Shown here piece after piece: positions 11,316-23,474 of a stretch of DNA of 61,504 nucleotides (its first letter is position 1; every line of letters starts with the position of its first letter). Where the stretch lies: positions 1 through 61,504 of the forward strand of contig JADGIG010000009.1 of the NCBI GenBank assembly GCA_018985235.1, in the 5' to 3' direction. Origin of the DNA: Sanchytrium tribonematis. Its lineage: Eukaryota. The translations under genes were made by a program, and so were the position numbers. The notes under the pieces were generated by a model. That model worked only from the letters and a program-made list of their open reading frames with translations, did not search any database and was not told where the DNA came from.

Positions 11316-11993
11316 TCAGTCTTCTTTCGTTGCAGAAACGAGCGCAGTCACACTACTTCCAAGTTTAGTAATTGCCTTGATGACAGTAGATTTATAAGTT
11401 TTAATTGTCTCCTGTCCACTTGAAACTGTAGGCGCATTTAATATCGAAATTCTTCTATCATCTAAATTTTCAATTTTGTAGTAATTTTTTCTAAATAATT
11501 CGTCTTTTTCGTTTAACATTTGTGCATATTTAAAATGATAAAGATTGGCTTCATCTTGTGCTTCAAGTATTCTAATCAATAAATCATGGTATATTTCGTA
11601 TGGTTCACTTTCTAATTCTAACTTCACGACATTTGACAATTCTAAACAAAGTTCATAATCCTTTTCAAAGTGTTGAATTGGTTTAAATCTACATCTTTCA
11701 ATTTTTGTAAGCAAGGTTTCTAAATTTAAAATGGGTGATATTTCAGCACTGCTCAGATATTCGCTTGATCTTTTACTTATACTTCCCAATGATCGGGATT
11801 TGGGCATGCTTTTAGATAATTTAACTGAAACTAATTCTTCTTGCTGTCTTTCATATTGCTCATTCAACAATTGGTGCTCTTTGCTTAATTTTAAATAGTT
11901 GGTTGTTAATTGTGTGTGTTTAAAATTTAACTCATTCAATTGATCTTCCAAATAGACGTTGTAGTCTTGAGCTGACATGTTAGAAAAAAACAA
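11316..11993 (-). CDS. Hypothetical coiled-coil protein
   Basis: 225-aa ORF with heptad character; the ATG start is probably a few codons in. Confidence 0.6.
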   Translation of the reverse strand: MFFSNMSAQDYNVYLEDQLNELNFKHTQLTTNYLKLSKEHQLLNEQYERQQEELVSVKLSKSMPKSRSLGSISKRSSEYLSSAEISPILNLETLLTKIERCRFKPIQHFEKDYELCLELSNVVKLELESEPYEIYHDLLIRILEAQDEANLYHFKYAQMLNEKDELFRKNYYKIENLDDRRISILNAPTVSSGQETIKTYKSTVIKAITKLGSSVTALVSATKED

Positions 11994-12025
11994 TTTTTTA
12001 AAGAGGCTTTGTAAATTTTTAGGCC

Positions 12026-13174
12026 ATGTTGATCCAATTTCTTATCACTTTGCATTCACTGAGTATTCAACCTCAAATCAGAAATTCACAAGCTAATATT
12101 TCCAGCATCAATTATCAAGATAAAAATTTTGTAAGTTTAGTTGATAAATTACAAATGCTTTTCCATGATCAGAACCTTACTAGCAGCGTTATCAATGATA
12201 ATCTGTGTTTTACTCCATTGTTGAACATAACCGAGAAAATTACTAATATTAGTGATATTGGTGCAAAATTGGACAACCTTAACAACGAAGTAGTTTCAAC
12301 TTTAGAAAGAGAAATTGAACAAATCGACGAACGAAATATATATTCATATGTCAAAAGCAATTGGAATAACATTATGGATGTTCTTATGCCTTGTAATTTA
12401 TATTTTGGCCCTGCACCCTCAAATCAAAAAATCGAGTTGTCGTCAAAAGTGAGATATGAGATGGAGAAATTGCTAATCATGGAATTTCTTGGGTACTATA
12501 TTGAGGACCAGGTAGAAATGCAATCAATTTACAATACTTTGTCAGATTCACCTCAGATCGATGCCGCAATCTTCCAGGTACTTTCCAAATTTTACATCAA
12601 AGATAGCACTGAAATTAGCTTAAAAATTCAATCTAGTAACTGTAGATCTTGGTTTCTAAACTATTTGCATTCCAAAAGTTCAATTGATTGGAGCGCAAAT
12701 CCCTCAATTAATGTAGTTCAATTATTAAAGGAAGTGGGACTGACAAACCTGTCTCTAAATTTAAGCTTTAGTGAAGCTCATGTTATAAAGACAGCTATAA
12801 ATGACTCTTGCAAGCTTCAACTTGAAATTTTTAGTATCGGCTTTGAAGAAAATGAAATTAATGAATACTTTGGATTTCCCAAACAGAATCAAAGTGCGAC
12901 GGCGGTTGTGGATTTTGTAAGAAATGTTGTGAAAGCAAGAAAAGTATTGGGTGAATCAGGCGGGGATGAACCTAGAATTCAAGACAATTCATATTCTAAC
13001 GATATAGAAATGTTGGGGAATTTGACTGACTCTACAGATCCTAAAAATGAAGTGTTCAGCAACGAAAATTTTGATACTGAGGCATTACCATCCCCAACAA
13101 TGGACATATCATTTCCCAAAGTAAGTGATGTAGAGATTGGAATTGATGAAGTTCAAATAGATTCTTTACAATAA
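12026..13174 (+). CDS. Hypothetical secreted protein
   Basis: 382-aa ORF with a signal-peptide-like start and an acidic tail. Confidence 0.65.
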   Translation: MLIQFLITLHSLSIQPQIRNSQANISSINYQDKNFVSLVDKLQMLFHDQNLTSSVINDNLCFTPLLNITEKITNISDIGAKLDNLNNEVVSTLEREIEQIDERNIYSYVKSNWNNIMDVLMPCNLYFGPAPSNQKIELSSKVRYEMEKLLIMEFLGYYIEDQVEMQSIYNTLSDSPQIDAAIFQVLSKFYIKDSTEISLKIQSSNCRSWFLNYLHSKSSIDWSANPSINVVQLLKEVGLTNLSLNLSFSEAHVIKTAINDSCKLQLEIFSIGFEENEINEYFGFPKQNQSATAVVDFVRNVVKARKVLGESGGDEPRIQDNSYSNDIEMLGNLTDSTDPKNEVFSNENFDTEALPSPTMDISFPKVSDVEIGIDEVQIDSLQ

Positions 13175-13283
13175 ATTGACTAAATTTATAAGGTATTTTT
13201 GCCTTTGAAGCAACTGTTATTATTTTAATACTTGGCTTTATGTTAAAAATTTTGAGTGGGGAAAATTAGGAGTTGACTTCTTA

Positions 13284-14411
13284 ATGTTTCGCTTCGCTTA
13301 CAGAAAATTCCACAATCAATCTCGACACTTTCACAGTACTTACAAAAGGTATCAAAAAGAAAGGAGTCAGCAACCACTTGAAGAGGAAACTATTACAACT
13401 TCCGCAGTTCTTAAAGAATTAGCGGTCGTAACAGCAGTTCTCGCTTCTCCGTTGTTGTATTTAGGTAGAAGTGATGGATCTGACAGATCTTTCAGACAAC
13501 GAATATCTTATAGATGGGGCGAATTTAAGGGCTATTTCACTGAACCAATTTCAAAAAAATTATTACCAGACCCTTTAGAAGCCCAATATCAACCAAAATA
13601 CACGCTCGTGATATCTCTTGATGACCTATTAGTCAAATCCGAATGGGATAGGGTGCATGGGTGGCAAACAATTAAAAGACCAGGAGTTGATTATTTTTTG
13701 TATTATTTATCGCAATACTATGAAGTTGTGATTTGGACAGCTAACGGAAGTCACGATATAAGTCACGTCCTTGACAAACTTGACCCATACCAATTCGCCA
13801 GGTTCAAACTGGCTAGAGATTCGACAAGGTATGAGGACGGGCATTACTTAAAAGATATTTCCTTTCTTAATCGAGACACCAACAAAATTTTGGTTTTGGA
13901 CACCGATATCCAAAGAGTCTTTCCTAAAGAAAATGCTCTTGAGCTTCCAAAGTGGAATGGGGATTCAAGCGATAGTGTTTTAAGGTTGCTTCCATTTTTG
14001 GAAGCAATTGCTCTAGCCAATCCTGACGACATACGCAAACCTCTCAAGTCATTTCAGAACAAAGATGTAATCTCGGAATTCGATAAGCTGAGGTACGATA
14101 AATATGAAAGTCAAATGGCAGAGTATTTAGAAAAGAAAAAGCAATATAATGAGAACTTAAAAAGTCTCTCAAGCTGGGTGAAATGGACTTTGTCACTAGG
14201 AAAATCCACTGAACCTTTGCCTCCTATTCATCCAGATGAAAAGATGAAAAAGAGTCATGAATTTTTCATGAATCGAGCATCGTCTCATGTACAACAGGTG
14301 GTGAAGCAAATCGATAACTACAGAAAAGAATTAAAAAAGCAAGAAGAGAGTGCTGCCAACCAAGAAGTGTCGTTTCTTCAAATGGTTGGGGGCAATGCAG
14401 CTAATCAATAA
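13284..14411 (+). CDS. TIM50: Mitochondrial import receptor Tim50
   Basis: Presequence, TM helix and FCP1-like domain (LLPDP...TLVISLDDLLVKSEWDRVHGW...KRPGVDYFL). Confidence 0.93.
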   Translation: MFRFAYRKFHNQSRHFHSTYKRYQKERSQQPLEEETITTSAVLKELAVVTAVLASPLLYLGRSDGSDRSFRQRISYRWGEFKGYFTEPISKKLLPDPLEAQYQPKYTLVISLDDLLVKSEWDRVHGWQTIKRPGVDYFLYYLSQYYEVVIWTANGSHDISHVLDKLDPYQFARFKLARDSTRYEDGHYLKDISFLNRDTNKILVLDTDIQRVFPKENALELPKWNGDSSDSVLRLLPFLEAIALANPDDIRKPLKSFQNKDVISEFDKLRYDKYESQMAEYLEKKKQYNENLKSLSSWVKWTLSLGKSTEPLPPIHPDEKMKKSHEFFMNRASSHVQQVVKQIDNYRKELKKQEESAANQEVSFLQMVGGNAANQ

Positions 14412-14453
14412 ATTATAATCGTACATCAATTGACTTTGATCTGACAAGAGGAG

Positions 14454-16072
14454 ATGATTTTTCGGCAACTCCACAAGTCAACCAGATTACTGGGCCATGC
14501 AAAGAGATTTAATAGTACTCAAAATCAACCCAAAAGATCAAATTCATCCCTTGTTGTGGGTGCCGCAATCGTTTCCTTGCCATTATTTTTTTATTTTACT
14601 TCACCTTCAGAAAAAGCCCCTAAGTCTGTGCAAAGAAAAAAGCTACACAGTGATCAAAAACTAGATTCCCTGGTTGAGATGGGAAAAGAAACAAAGCCAA
14701 TTTCGAATTTAGATATGCAAAGGAAACAAACTATGAAAGATGTCGACGATACTCACGAAAATCAAGATGACGATCCACGAGAAAAGCCATTAATTCACTC
14801 CAAATATGTTCTGATTGGAAGTGGCACTGCCTCATTTTCTGCCATCAAAGGTATCAGACAGAATGATAAAACTAATGAGATTCTTATGGTTACGGAAGAA
14901 AATCAATTACCTTACCAAAAGCCTCCAATGAGTAAAGAACTTTGGCAAACTGGTAACAAAAATTTAGAATTTCAGGACTGGTCTGGAAACAATGCATCTG
15001 TATTTTACAAGAATCCCGAATGGTTTGAAGAAAATCTTATTAGAATTAGTACAGGTAAAAAGGTGGTGGGAATAGATTCTAACCAAAAGCGTATTCTATT
15101 AAATGATGGCCAAGAGATTCAATATGAACAACTTTTGATTGCCACAGGTTCGAAACCAAATCATTTACAATTTGATATTCCTTCTTCAAACTCAATGATT
15201 TCCACTTTCAGAAATTTAGACGATTACACAAGTTTAAGAAAATTGGCAGAACATAAAAAAAATGTAATAATAATTGGAGGAGGATTCTTAGGAAGCGAGC
15301 TTGCTGTGGGATTGACTAACATCGGGAATGAGGTGAATCAAATTTTTCCTGAGGAAGGCAATTTAGGACTCATTTTACCAAGTTACTTGTCTCAATTCTG
15401 TAAAAATGAAGTAGAAAAATTAAATGTTAAAGTGCATTCCAATGCTTTAGTGAAAAACTTATCTACCGATCAAGGCAAAGTCATAGCGACGTTGAATAAT
15501 GATAAAAAAATAATAGGAGATCATTGTATTGTTTGTGTCGGTGCTAAGCCCGATGTTGAATTGGCAAAAATGTCAGGGTTGGAAATTGACATAAATGGTG
15601 GCATTTTGGTAAATAGTGAATTATCTGCAAAATCGAATATTTTTGCTGCTGGAGATTGTATTAGTTTTTTTGATAAAACACTGGGTAGACGACGAATTGA
15701 ACACTATGATCATGCAGTACAATCGGGTTATGTCGCAGGTCTTAATATGAGTGGAAGCAACAAATCTTATGATTATCAGCCAATGTTTTGGAGTGACTTA
15801 GGCAGTAATGTGTCATTTGAAGCGGTGGGAAAATTAAGTAGCAAATTGGAAACTAAAAGTTTTTGGAATGTTTCCGAAAAAGAGTTTGACAAAGGAGTTG
15901 TCTTTTACATTGACAATTCGAAAATCGGTAGCTATTTACTAATATAGTTGGTGTGCTGACGTTCAACATTCACGGAAAAATGTCAATAGCTAGGAGATCT
16001 CTTGCAGAAGATGCGCTATCAAACAGATTAGACGACCTTGCCAAGTTATTTGAATTGTATCCTCAAGAATAA
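14454..16072 (+). CDS. AIFM1: Mitochondrial apoptosis-inducing factor (AIFM1-like FAD oxidoreductase); exons 14454-15927 and 15948-16072
   Basis: PYQKPPMSKELW, GGGFLGSELA, RRIEHYDHA and MFWSDLG. Splicing restores the C-terminal KIVGVL.FNI.GKM.IAR...DDLAKLF. Confidence 0.9.
15928..15947 (+). other. 20-nt intron GTAGCTATTTACTAATATAG
   Basis: Restores the conserved AIF C-terminus; has a CTAAT branch-like motif adjacent to the AG. Confidence 0.92.
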
Positions 16073-16073
16073 A

Positions 16074-17729
16074 TTAGCTTTCTTTTTGAAATTCGCTTAA
16101 TAACTTTACAGTGGGTCTTCCATGGGGACAATTCCATGGGTTATTCAAAGTTGCCAATTGATGGACTATTCGCTCCATTTCTGAATGATTTAGGTTGTCG
16201 CCAATCATGACACTCATTCTGCAAGCTTTAGAAGCCATTCTTGCCTTGACTTTTGTAGGAATAATATTGATTGAACCGGACTGCATTTGCTCGATAATAT
16301 CGTGAATATCGTTTTCGTTCAGCTGCACCCCACTCAAGATTGGAATCACCGCCACATAAATAACTTCCTCTTCGAAAACAAACCGAAATCCAAAGGTTTC
16401 TAGAATAGATTGAAATTCATCAAATGAATTTTGCATAGTAGGGTTTAAATCTAATTTCTTAGGTATTAATAGAGGATATTGTACGATATCTAAATTACTG
16501 ATGAGATTTTCATAGTTAAAAATTTCACTGCTTGCATGTTGGTCGATAATATATAATAATGTGCTATATGTGCATAAAATGAAGCCAAGATTAAATTGCC
16601 CAATTATTGTCACATCGAGAAAATTTTTGATCTCGAGATGATGTTCCGCACTTTTGCTTAGAACACAAGAATCGGAGAATTCAAAATTTTTATCAGCAGG
16701 GCAAAAATTTTCCACTTTGGAAAAGTAATTCAATTTATCAATCCTCGGTGCTGGTTTGATCAGCTGACTTGGTCCAAAAGATCTAACATCACAAGTGGAA
16801 TCTACTTTAGATTCGTTATTAGAAAAATAAGTTTGCGATCCATTGAACGAAATAATGCTTTTGGCTTTGTTAAAATTGTTTAAAATATCACCTAGACTCG
16901 CTATAATTTGGGCTGATAGTTTGCTTGTTAAAAACTCAGAAGAAGGTTCTTTTATGTATAAGGAAATAAAATATTTGTAAATATTTACGGTTTTAAACAA
17001 TTCTGAGATAGATTTTTTCATCATGTTTAAATTTTTAGACTTGTTAGAATCCATCAGCAAAGGCAAGCCGTTAAATACAATAAGAATTTTAGTTTCTTTT
17101 TCAATTCCGAACGATATGAAACCATTAAAATTATTGCTTTGAAATGGAAAAGTTTCTCCATTTAATCGAGAAAGCTTTTGGAATAATGGCTCTCCTTTGC
17201 TTCTATAAAGTCTTTTCGGAATTCCATTGATAGTCTTATCAAAACTAAATTCAATCTCGTAAAGGAGACTGAGGTTTTGAACAATTGAAAGGCATTTCAT
17301 ACTTTCAGAGGTAAAATTATGCATCAAGTATTTTTGGCGGACTGGAAGATTCTCATAAAATCGGCTAACTTCAATAATAGTACCCTCTTTCATTGTTCTG
17401 TTACCTTGGATGCCTTTTTTCCAGGATTTACCCACTAATTCTTCACGGCATCTGCTAGAAATCTCAAGCGCACAAATCGTGTTTAAGGAATATAATGATA
17501 TTCCCTTTTTGTTGGGCTTTGAAGTTGCTCCTGGGAGGCAAATGTTGGTGACATCCTCGATTCCGCATCCGTCGTCAATAATTGAAATCTTTTCTTTGCT
17601 TATACAAATATTGATAGTCGTGGCCTTTGCCTCGATAGAATTAAGTATCAATTCAAAAATAATGTTTTGCATAGATGGGTAGATAACAGCGGCAGTTATT
17701 CTATCGTCTGCAATTTTTTTCAAGGACAT
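16074..17729 (-). CDS. PMS1: MutL-family mismatch repair endonuclease (yeast Pms1 / human PMS2 type), compact
   Basis: GHKL motifs ELILNS and DDGCGI; endonuclease motifs DQHASSEIFNYE, ACRMSVMIG and CPHGRP. Confidence 0.85.
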   Translation of the reverse strand: MSLKKIADDRITAAVIYPSMQNIIFELILNSIEAKATTINICISKEKISIIDDGCGIEDVTNICLPGATSKPNKKGISLYSLNTICALEISSRCREELVGKSWKKGIQGNRTMKEGTIIEVSRFYENLPVRQKYLMHNFTSESMKCLSIVQNLSLLYEIEFSFDKTINGIPKRLYRSKGEPLFQKLSRLNGETFPFQSNNFNGFISFGIEKETKILIVFNGLPLLMDSNKSKNLNMMKKSISELFKTVNIYKYFISLYIKEPSSEFLTSKLSAQIIASLGDILNNFNKAKSIISFNGSQTYFSNNESKVDSTCDVRSFGPSQLIKPAPRIDKLNYFSKVENFCPADKNFEFSDSCVLSKSAEHHLEIKNFLDVTIIGQFNLGFILCTYSTLLYIIDQHASSEIFNYENLISNLDIVQYPLLIPKKLDLNPTMQNSFDEFQSILETFGFRFVFEEEVIYVAVIPILSGVQLNENDIHDIIEQMQSGSINIIPTKVKARMASKACRMSVMIGDNLNHSEMERIVHQLATLNNPWNCPHGRPTVKLLSEFQKES

Positions 17730-17754
17730 TGCTAGAAGAAATTCTCCTCAAGTT

Positions 17755-17892
17755 ATGAATGATTCACATAGAAACGTTGATTTGTCAAAAATCAAATGGA
17801 TTACGCGAAATTTCCCAGATATTCCACTAAAAGACGAGAGACCAGCGATCACAAAAAAGACAGAGTTGGTGGACTATTCTGACTCGGAATAA
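17755..17892 (+). CDS. Small 45-aa ORF missing from the ORF track (MNDSHRNVDLSKIKW...LVDYSDSE)
   Basis: ATG preceded by CTCCT, stop embedded in AATAAA, fills the intergenic gap almost exactly. Confidence 0.55.
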   Translation: MNDSHRNVDLSKIKWITRNFPDIPLKDERPAITKKTELVDYSDSE

Positions 17893-17911
17893 ATATTTTT
17901 TTAGAAACAGA

Positions 17912-19111
17912 ATGGAAAATACGGAGCCACGACGATTTGGCCGGCTCGCTGCAAATGAAGTGGATCTAGAAAATATTGACTTTTCAAACTTTGATGATAC
18001 TTACGATACCGTGCTAAAAGCGTATAAAGTAAACAAGGATATGCATCCTATTCTGAAGGTAATTCGAAATATTATCCACCATCATAGGGATAATCTTGGA
18101 ATGAAAAATAATAGAAAATATTTCAATTTGTACATCATTCTTATGGAATCATATAACCAAAAATTATCGTTGTACAAGGAATTGCAAACTTGCATGCTAT
18201 TTGATAAACTACCAGAATTTTACAAGCAGTATTGTCTAGAACTTCAGAAAAATGCCAGTAATGATATGGCGAAAGAAATTCTTGTAATAGGAATTAAGGA
18301 AACAGGTTCCGACGAATTGAAAACAATGCTTTCTAATATTGAAGACAGTCCTGCAGCTTCCATTCTTCGGCCAACTAAACGAACGAAAATGAATGGTGAT
18401 TCTGTTAGGCCCTTGAATACAAAAATCTTCAATCAAATGTCTGAAAACATTGAAAAAGGGGTCCCAATACAAGGACAAGTGATCCAACAACCTAAAAGAG
18501 TAATTGAGCACTATAGCATCCCAAACAAGCTTCATCTAGATCACATGGCCATTTTAGAAAAAGAAGTGAATAATCCTAAATTTTTTCGACAATATCCCTT
18601 TGAAAAATTACATCCAGACTCGTACGATTATTATAAAAGAGCAAATACAATGAAATGTTTTGAAGAATTAAAGTATTTGGAATTTATGGATCAAATACCT
18701 AGAAATGTAACTACTCGTCGGATATCAAAAACACCAGCGAATCGGGGAAATAACGTGAATCAAAAAACTCCAAAACTTGCAACTCCTGCGGCTGGGGGTG
18801 CTTCTTTTCAATCTATAAGTTATCAGCCATCTCCAATTACAGCAAAATTTGATAATGAACCGACAATGACATTCCATACAAAACAAGCACTCAATGACGT
18901 AAATGCCATGTTCAACGAAGGCAAAGTTGATAGTTTACCTGTTGAATTAAAAATGAATGAAGAAGACGATTTTACTCAGCAACTTCATGCCAATCCCTCC
19001 TCTGTTTTTAAATCCACTAAAATAATTGAGAGCAAAGTCGAAAGCAGCAGCGATAATGACTTGGATGATTCTCTTATGAAGCAGATAGAGTCTCTAGAAA
19101 AACGATTATAA
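17912..19111 (+). CDS. Bub1/Mad3-family spindle checkpoint protein without a kinase domain
   Basis: TPR-like RKYFNLYI...FYKQYC...GI, GLEBS-like CFEELK, and Bub1 CD1-like PTMTFHTKQALNDVNAMF. Confidence 0.7.
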   Translation: MENTEPRRFGRLAANEVDLENIDFSNFDDTYDTVLKAYKVNKDMHPILKVIRNIIHHHRDNLGMKNNRKYFNLYIILMESYNQKLSLYKELQTCMLFDKLPEFYKQYCLELQKNASNDMAKEILVIGIKETGSDELKTMLSNIEDSPAASILRPTKRTKMNGDSVRPLNTKIFNQMSENIEKGVPIQGQVIQQPKRVIEHYSIPNKLHLDHMAILEKEVNNPKFFRQYPFEKLHPDSYDYYKRANTMKCFEELKYLEFMDQIPRNVTTRRISKTPANRGNNVNQKTPKLATPAAGGASFQSISYQPSPITAKFDNEPTMTFHTKQALNDVNAMFNEGKVDSLPVELKMNEEDDFTQQLHANPSSVFKSTKIIESKVESSSDNDLDDSLMKQIESLEKRL

Positions 19112-19113
19112 AT

Positions 19114-19869
19114 TTATTGAAACCATAGTAACACATCATGACCCAATATTCTTTTATGTACATCAATAATAACGTTTATTGGAGGTAATTCCACTATAAA
19201 TGTAAAATCGTCATCATATTCTTTTAATTCGTACTCCTTGGAGTATTTAAAAGATTTACCAGGTTTTAGTAGCCTATCTTCGATCATTTTGTTGAACACT
19301 TCTTGATGATGACACAAAGTTGAAAATAACATTATGTATTCGTTTTTCGATATGACAGGGTGTCGATTTTTCATTTTTCGAAATTGCAAAGCCGCGCATA
19401 TGGCATTGTAATAATCACCAAATTTTGTTTTGTTTCGATTTAGCTCATTTTTCCAATAATGGCGCTCCATAAAATGCAATTCAATTTCTTCAGGTAAGCG
19501 AAATTCTCTCCAACATGCGATAGACTCTTTGTCGATACCTGTAGAAATGACTGTCAATTTAATATTGTTGTGCATCAAATTGCCAATGATAAGATGTAAT
19601 ACTAATCCAACGTTATTAATCGATTGACATGGTACTATGATTTGTCCCTCCTTTTCAAGTATTTGTCCTGCTCTTAGCGAGTCATTCAATTCAAGAAATC
19701 CGGCATGCATTTTCGATGTTGATGTCCACAAGAATATAATTTTGCAAGGATGCAAATAAAATGGAACAAACTCTGTTCCTAGCTTTCCTTCTTGATCCCA
19801 ATAAACGAACAACTCTGTATTTTTAAGATTTCTCAGTGCGACATTTAAATGATCCAAATCAAATGTCAT
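19114..19869 (-). CDS. Hypothetical protein
   Basis: 251-aa ORF convergent with the previous gene; no recognised motif. Confidence 0.65.
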   Translation of the reverse strand: MTFDLDHLNVALRNLKNTELFVYWDQEGKLGTEFVPFYLHPCKIIFLWTSTSKMHAGFLELNDSLRAGQILEKEGQIIVPCQSINNVGLVLHLIIGNLMHNNIKLTVISTGIDKESIACWREFRLPEEIELHFMERHYWKNELNRNKTKFGDYYNAICAALQFRKMKNRHPVISKNEYIMLFSTLCHHQEVFNKMIEDRLLKPGKSFKYSKEYELKEYDDDFTFIVELPPINVIIDVHKRILGHDVLLWFQ

Positions 19870-19915
19870 TTTGAAAAATGAAACAATTGGGTTGGGGACA
19901 CCAATTGCTTTTTAA

Positions 19916-20737
19916 ATGAAGTCTTTGAAGCTTGATTTAATAGATTGTAGGGACGGACCACCAGAAAGTGTTAGATCTATATGTTATGAAAACATATTGA
20001 TTTATTGCGGCAATAATTTGATTGTGTACGATCATGAATTTGTAGAACTTCAAACCATTTACAAAAAATTTAACTTTGTTTGTCCATATATCAATTGCGA
20101 TATGTTTTTCACTTGTAATAGTAACTTTGAAATATGGGATACACAAGTTCTAGAGTCTGTGTATGATATTAAAAATAATATTCATATTTGCCATTCCGTA
20201 GATGAAAATCTCTCATTGGTTGGAATGAACAACATATGCGGACTCGTTGATCTGAGAATCGGTAGTATATTGAATACAATCTCCTCTAAAGCAGATATTT
20301 CTAGCTTATATTCTACTTGCAATAATGACTTGTATTTTGGAGATGTTGGCGGAAATGTCAATTGGGTAGATAGAAGGTTTATTAAGCCGCAGACAAGAAC
20401 TATAATAGGCCCTGTGAGTACAATTTACAAACAAGAACATTTAATTACGGTTGGAAGATATTTGAGAATTTGGGGTGATGATCACAACCTGGATTTTGAA
20501 TTAAACAACTCCGTACCAAACTCTAGAAATATATATAACTGTGTAGGCACTATTAAGGAATATCTAGACTATCTAATAATTCCAACCTTGGACGGTGATC
20601 TTTTTTTATACAAAGACTGCCAAGTGGAAAAATTTGATGGACATTATTCACAAATCACAAGTATGGAGATTGTTGACGGGTTGCACACATGTAGTGTTGA
20701 TGGAATTAAAGGCCACTTTCAATGGAAGTTTAAGTAG
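19916..20737 (+). CDS. Reduced WD40 protein, ERCC8/CSA/Rad28-like
   Basis: EIWDT, LVDLRIGS, GNVNWVDRR and GHYS...CSVDG follow the order of motifs in CSA. Confidence 0.55.
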   Translation: MKSLKLDLIDCRDGPPESVRSICYENILIYCGNNLIVYDHEFVELQTIYKKFNFVCPYINCDMFFTCNSNFEIWDTQVLESVYDIKNNIHICHSVDENLSLVGMNNICGLVDLRIGSILNTISSKADISSLYSTCNNDLYFGDVGGNVNWVDRRFIKPQTRTIIGPVSTIYKQEHLITVGRYLRIWGDDHNLDFELNNSVPNSRNIYNCVGTIKEYLDYLIIPTLDGDLFLYKDCQVEKFDGHYSQITSMEIVDGLHTCSVDGIKGHFQWKFK

Positions 20738-20840
20738 TATTGACTAAAAAAATCTGATTTTCGTATCGTATCAACAATAAATTTCAAGATTTAGTTTTAC
20801 TCTAAATCGGTTTAAAACAATTGTCCGCCCAAAATCCCCA

Positions 20841-21618
20841 ATGATCGATGTTTTACTTGCAGTCGTAATTTACCTTGTAGTATTAAATGTCGTGGGATTC
20901 ATTATCTCAGCACCATTGAAGACGGAAAAGCTATATGATTGTATGGGCTCTCTGAGTTTTTTAGGTGCAATAATAACCGCATTTGCTACTGGCTATCAAT
21001 TTCCCAGACAGATTGTTTTGCTCGTGGTTATATCAATTTGGGCCATCCGGTTGGGCATACACTTAGGGCTTCGTGCTTTTAAAATAGGCGATAAAAGATT
21101 TGATGACATTAAAGTCAAACCTCTTTTATTTGCAGGTATGTGGTTCGGACAGATAGTGTGGGCATTCATCACTCCTTTCGCGGCTTACATTGTTATGAGA
21201 GGAAACAAAGACGACTTTGGCACAGCCTTGGATATTATAGGATTGATTTTATTTATTTTCGGGTTTTCACTTGAAATTATTGCGGACTATCAAAAAAATG
21301 AGTTTAAGAAAGAGCATCCAAGTGATCCTATTATGACAGGACTGTACAAATTTGTCAGATTTCCAAACTATCTGGGAGAATGGATTTTGTGGGTAGGTAT
21401 CAATCTACTTAGCATCTCTGGATTTACAGAAGACTGGCAATATGTTTCTTTGATTAGCATTCCATTTGTTTTTGTTCTTCTTCGCTTTGGTTCAGGTGCT
21501 GGCATCACTGCGAAAAGCCAAGAACAGAGATATGGTGATAGACCCGAATTTCAAGAATATGTCAAGAAAACTAAGTAATTCACACTGATTTAGCCTTTTA
21601 TTTCCTGTTTGCTGGTAA
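20841..21618 (+). CDS. DUF1295 / steroid 5-alpha-reductase-like membrane protein; exons 20841-21574 and 21594-21618
   Basis: WAIRLG, DKRFD, EIIADYQK and RFPNYLGEWILW; splicing gives YVKKTNLLFPVCW. Confidence 0.88.
21575..21593 (+). other. 19-nt intron GTAATTCACACTGATTTAG
   Basis: Matches the intron consensus and restores the family-typical T-x-x-x-F-P end. Confidence 0.85.
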
Positions 21619-21681
21619 TAATGGACCTTAAAATAAATAGTGAATTAGTGTCATTCAAATGTTTTTTTGAAACATACCTGG

Positions 21682-23462
<1,781 letters not shown>

Positions 23463-23474
23463 TAAATTATTTAT

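Noticed and set aside
21393..21412. 20-nt GTAGGT...CTACTTAG intron-like segment in the DUF1295 gene
   Set aside because: It has C rather than T at -8, and removal would destroy the conserved downstream frame.
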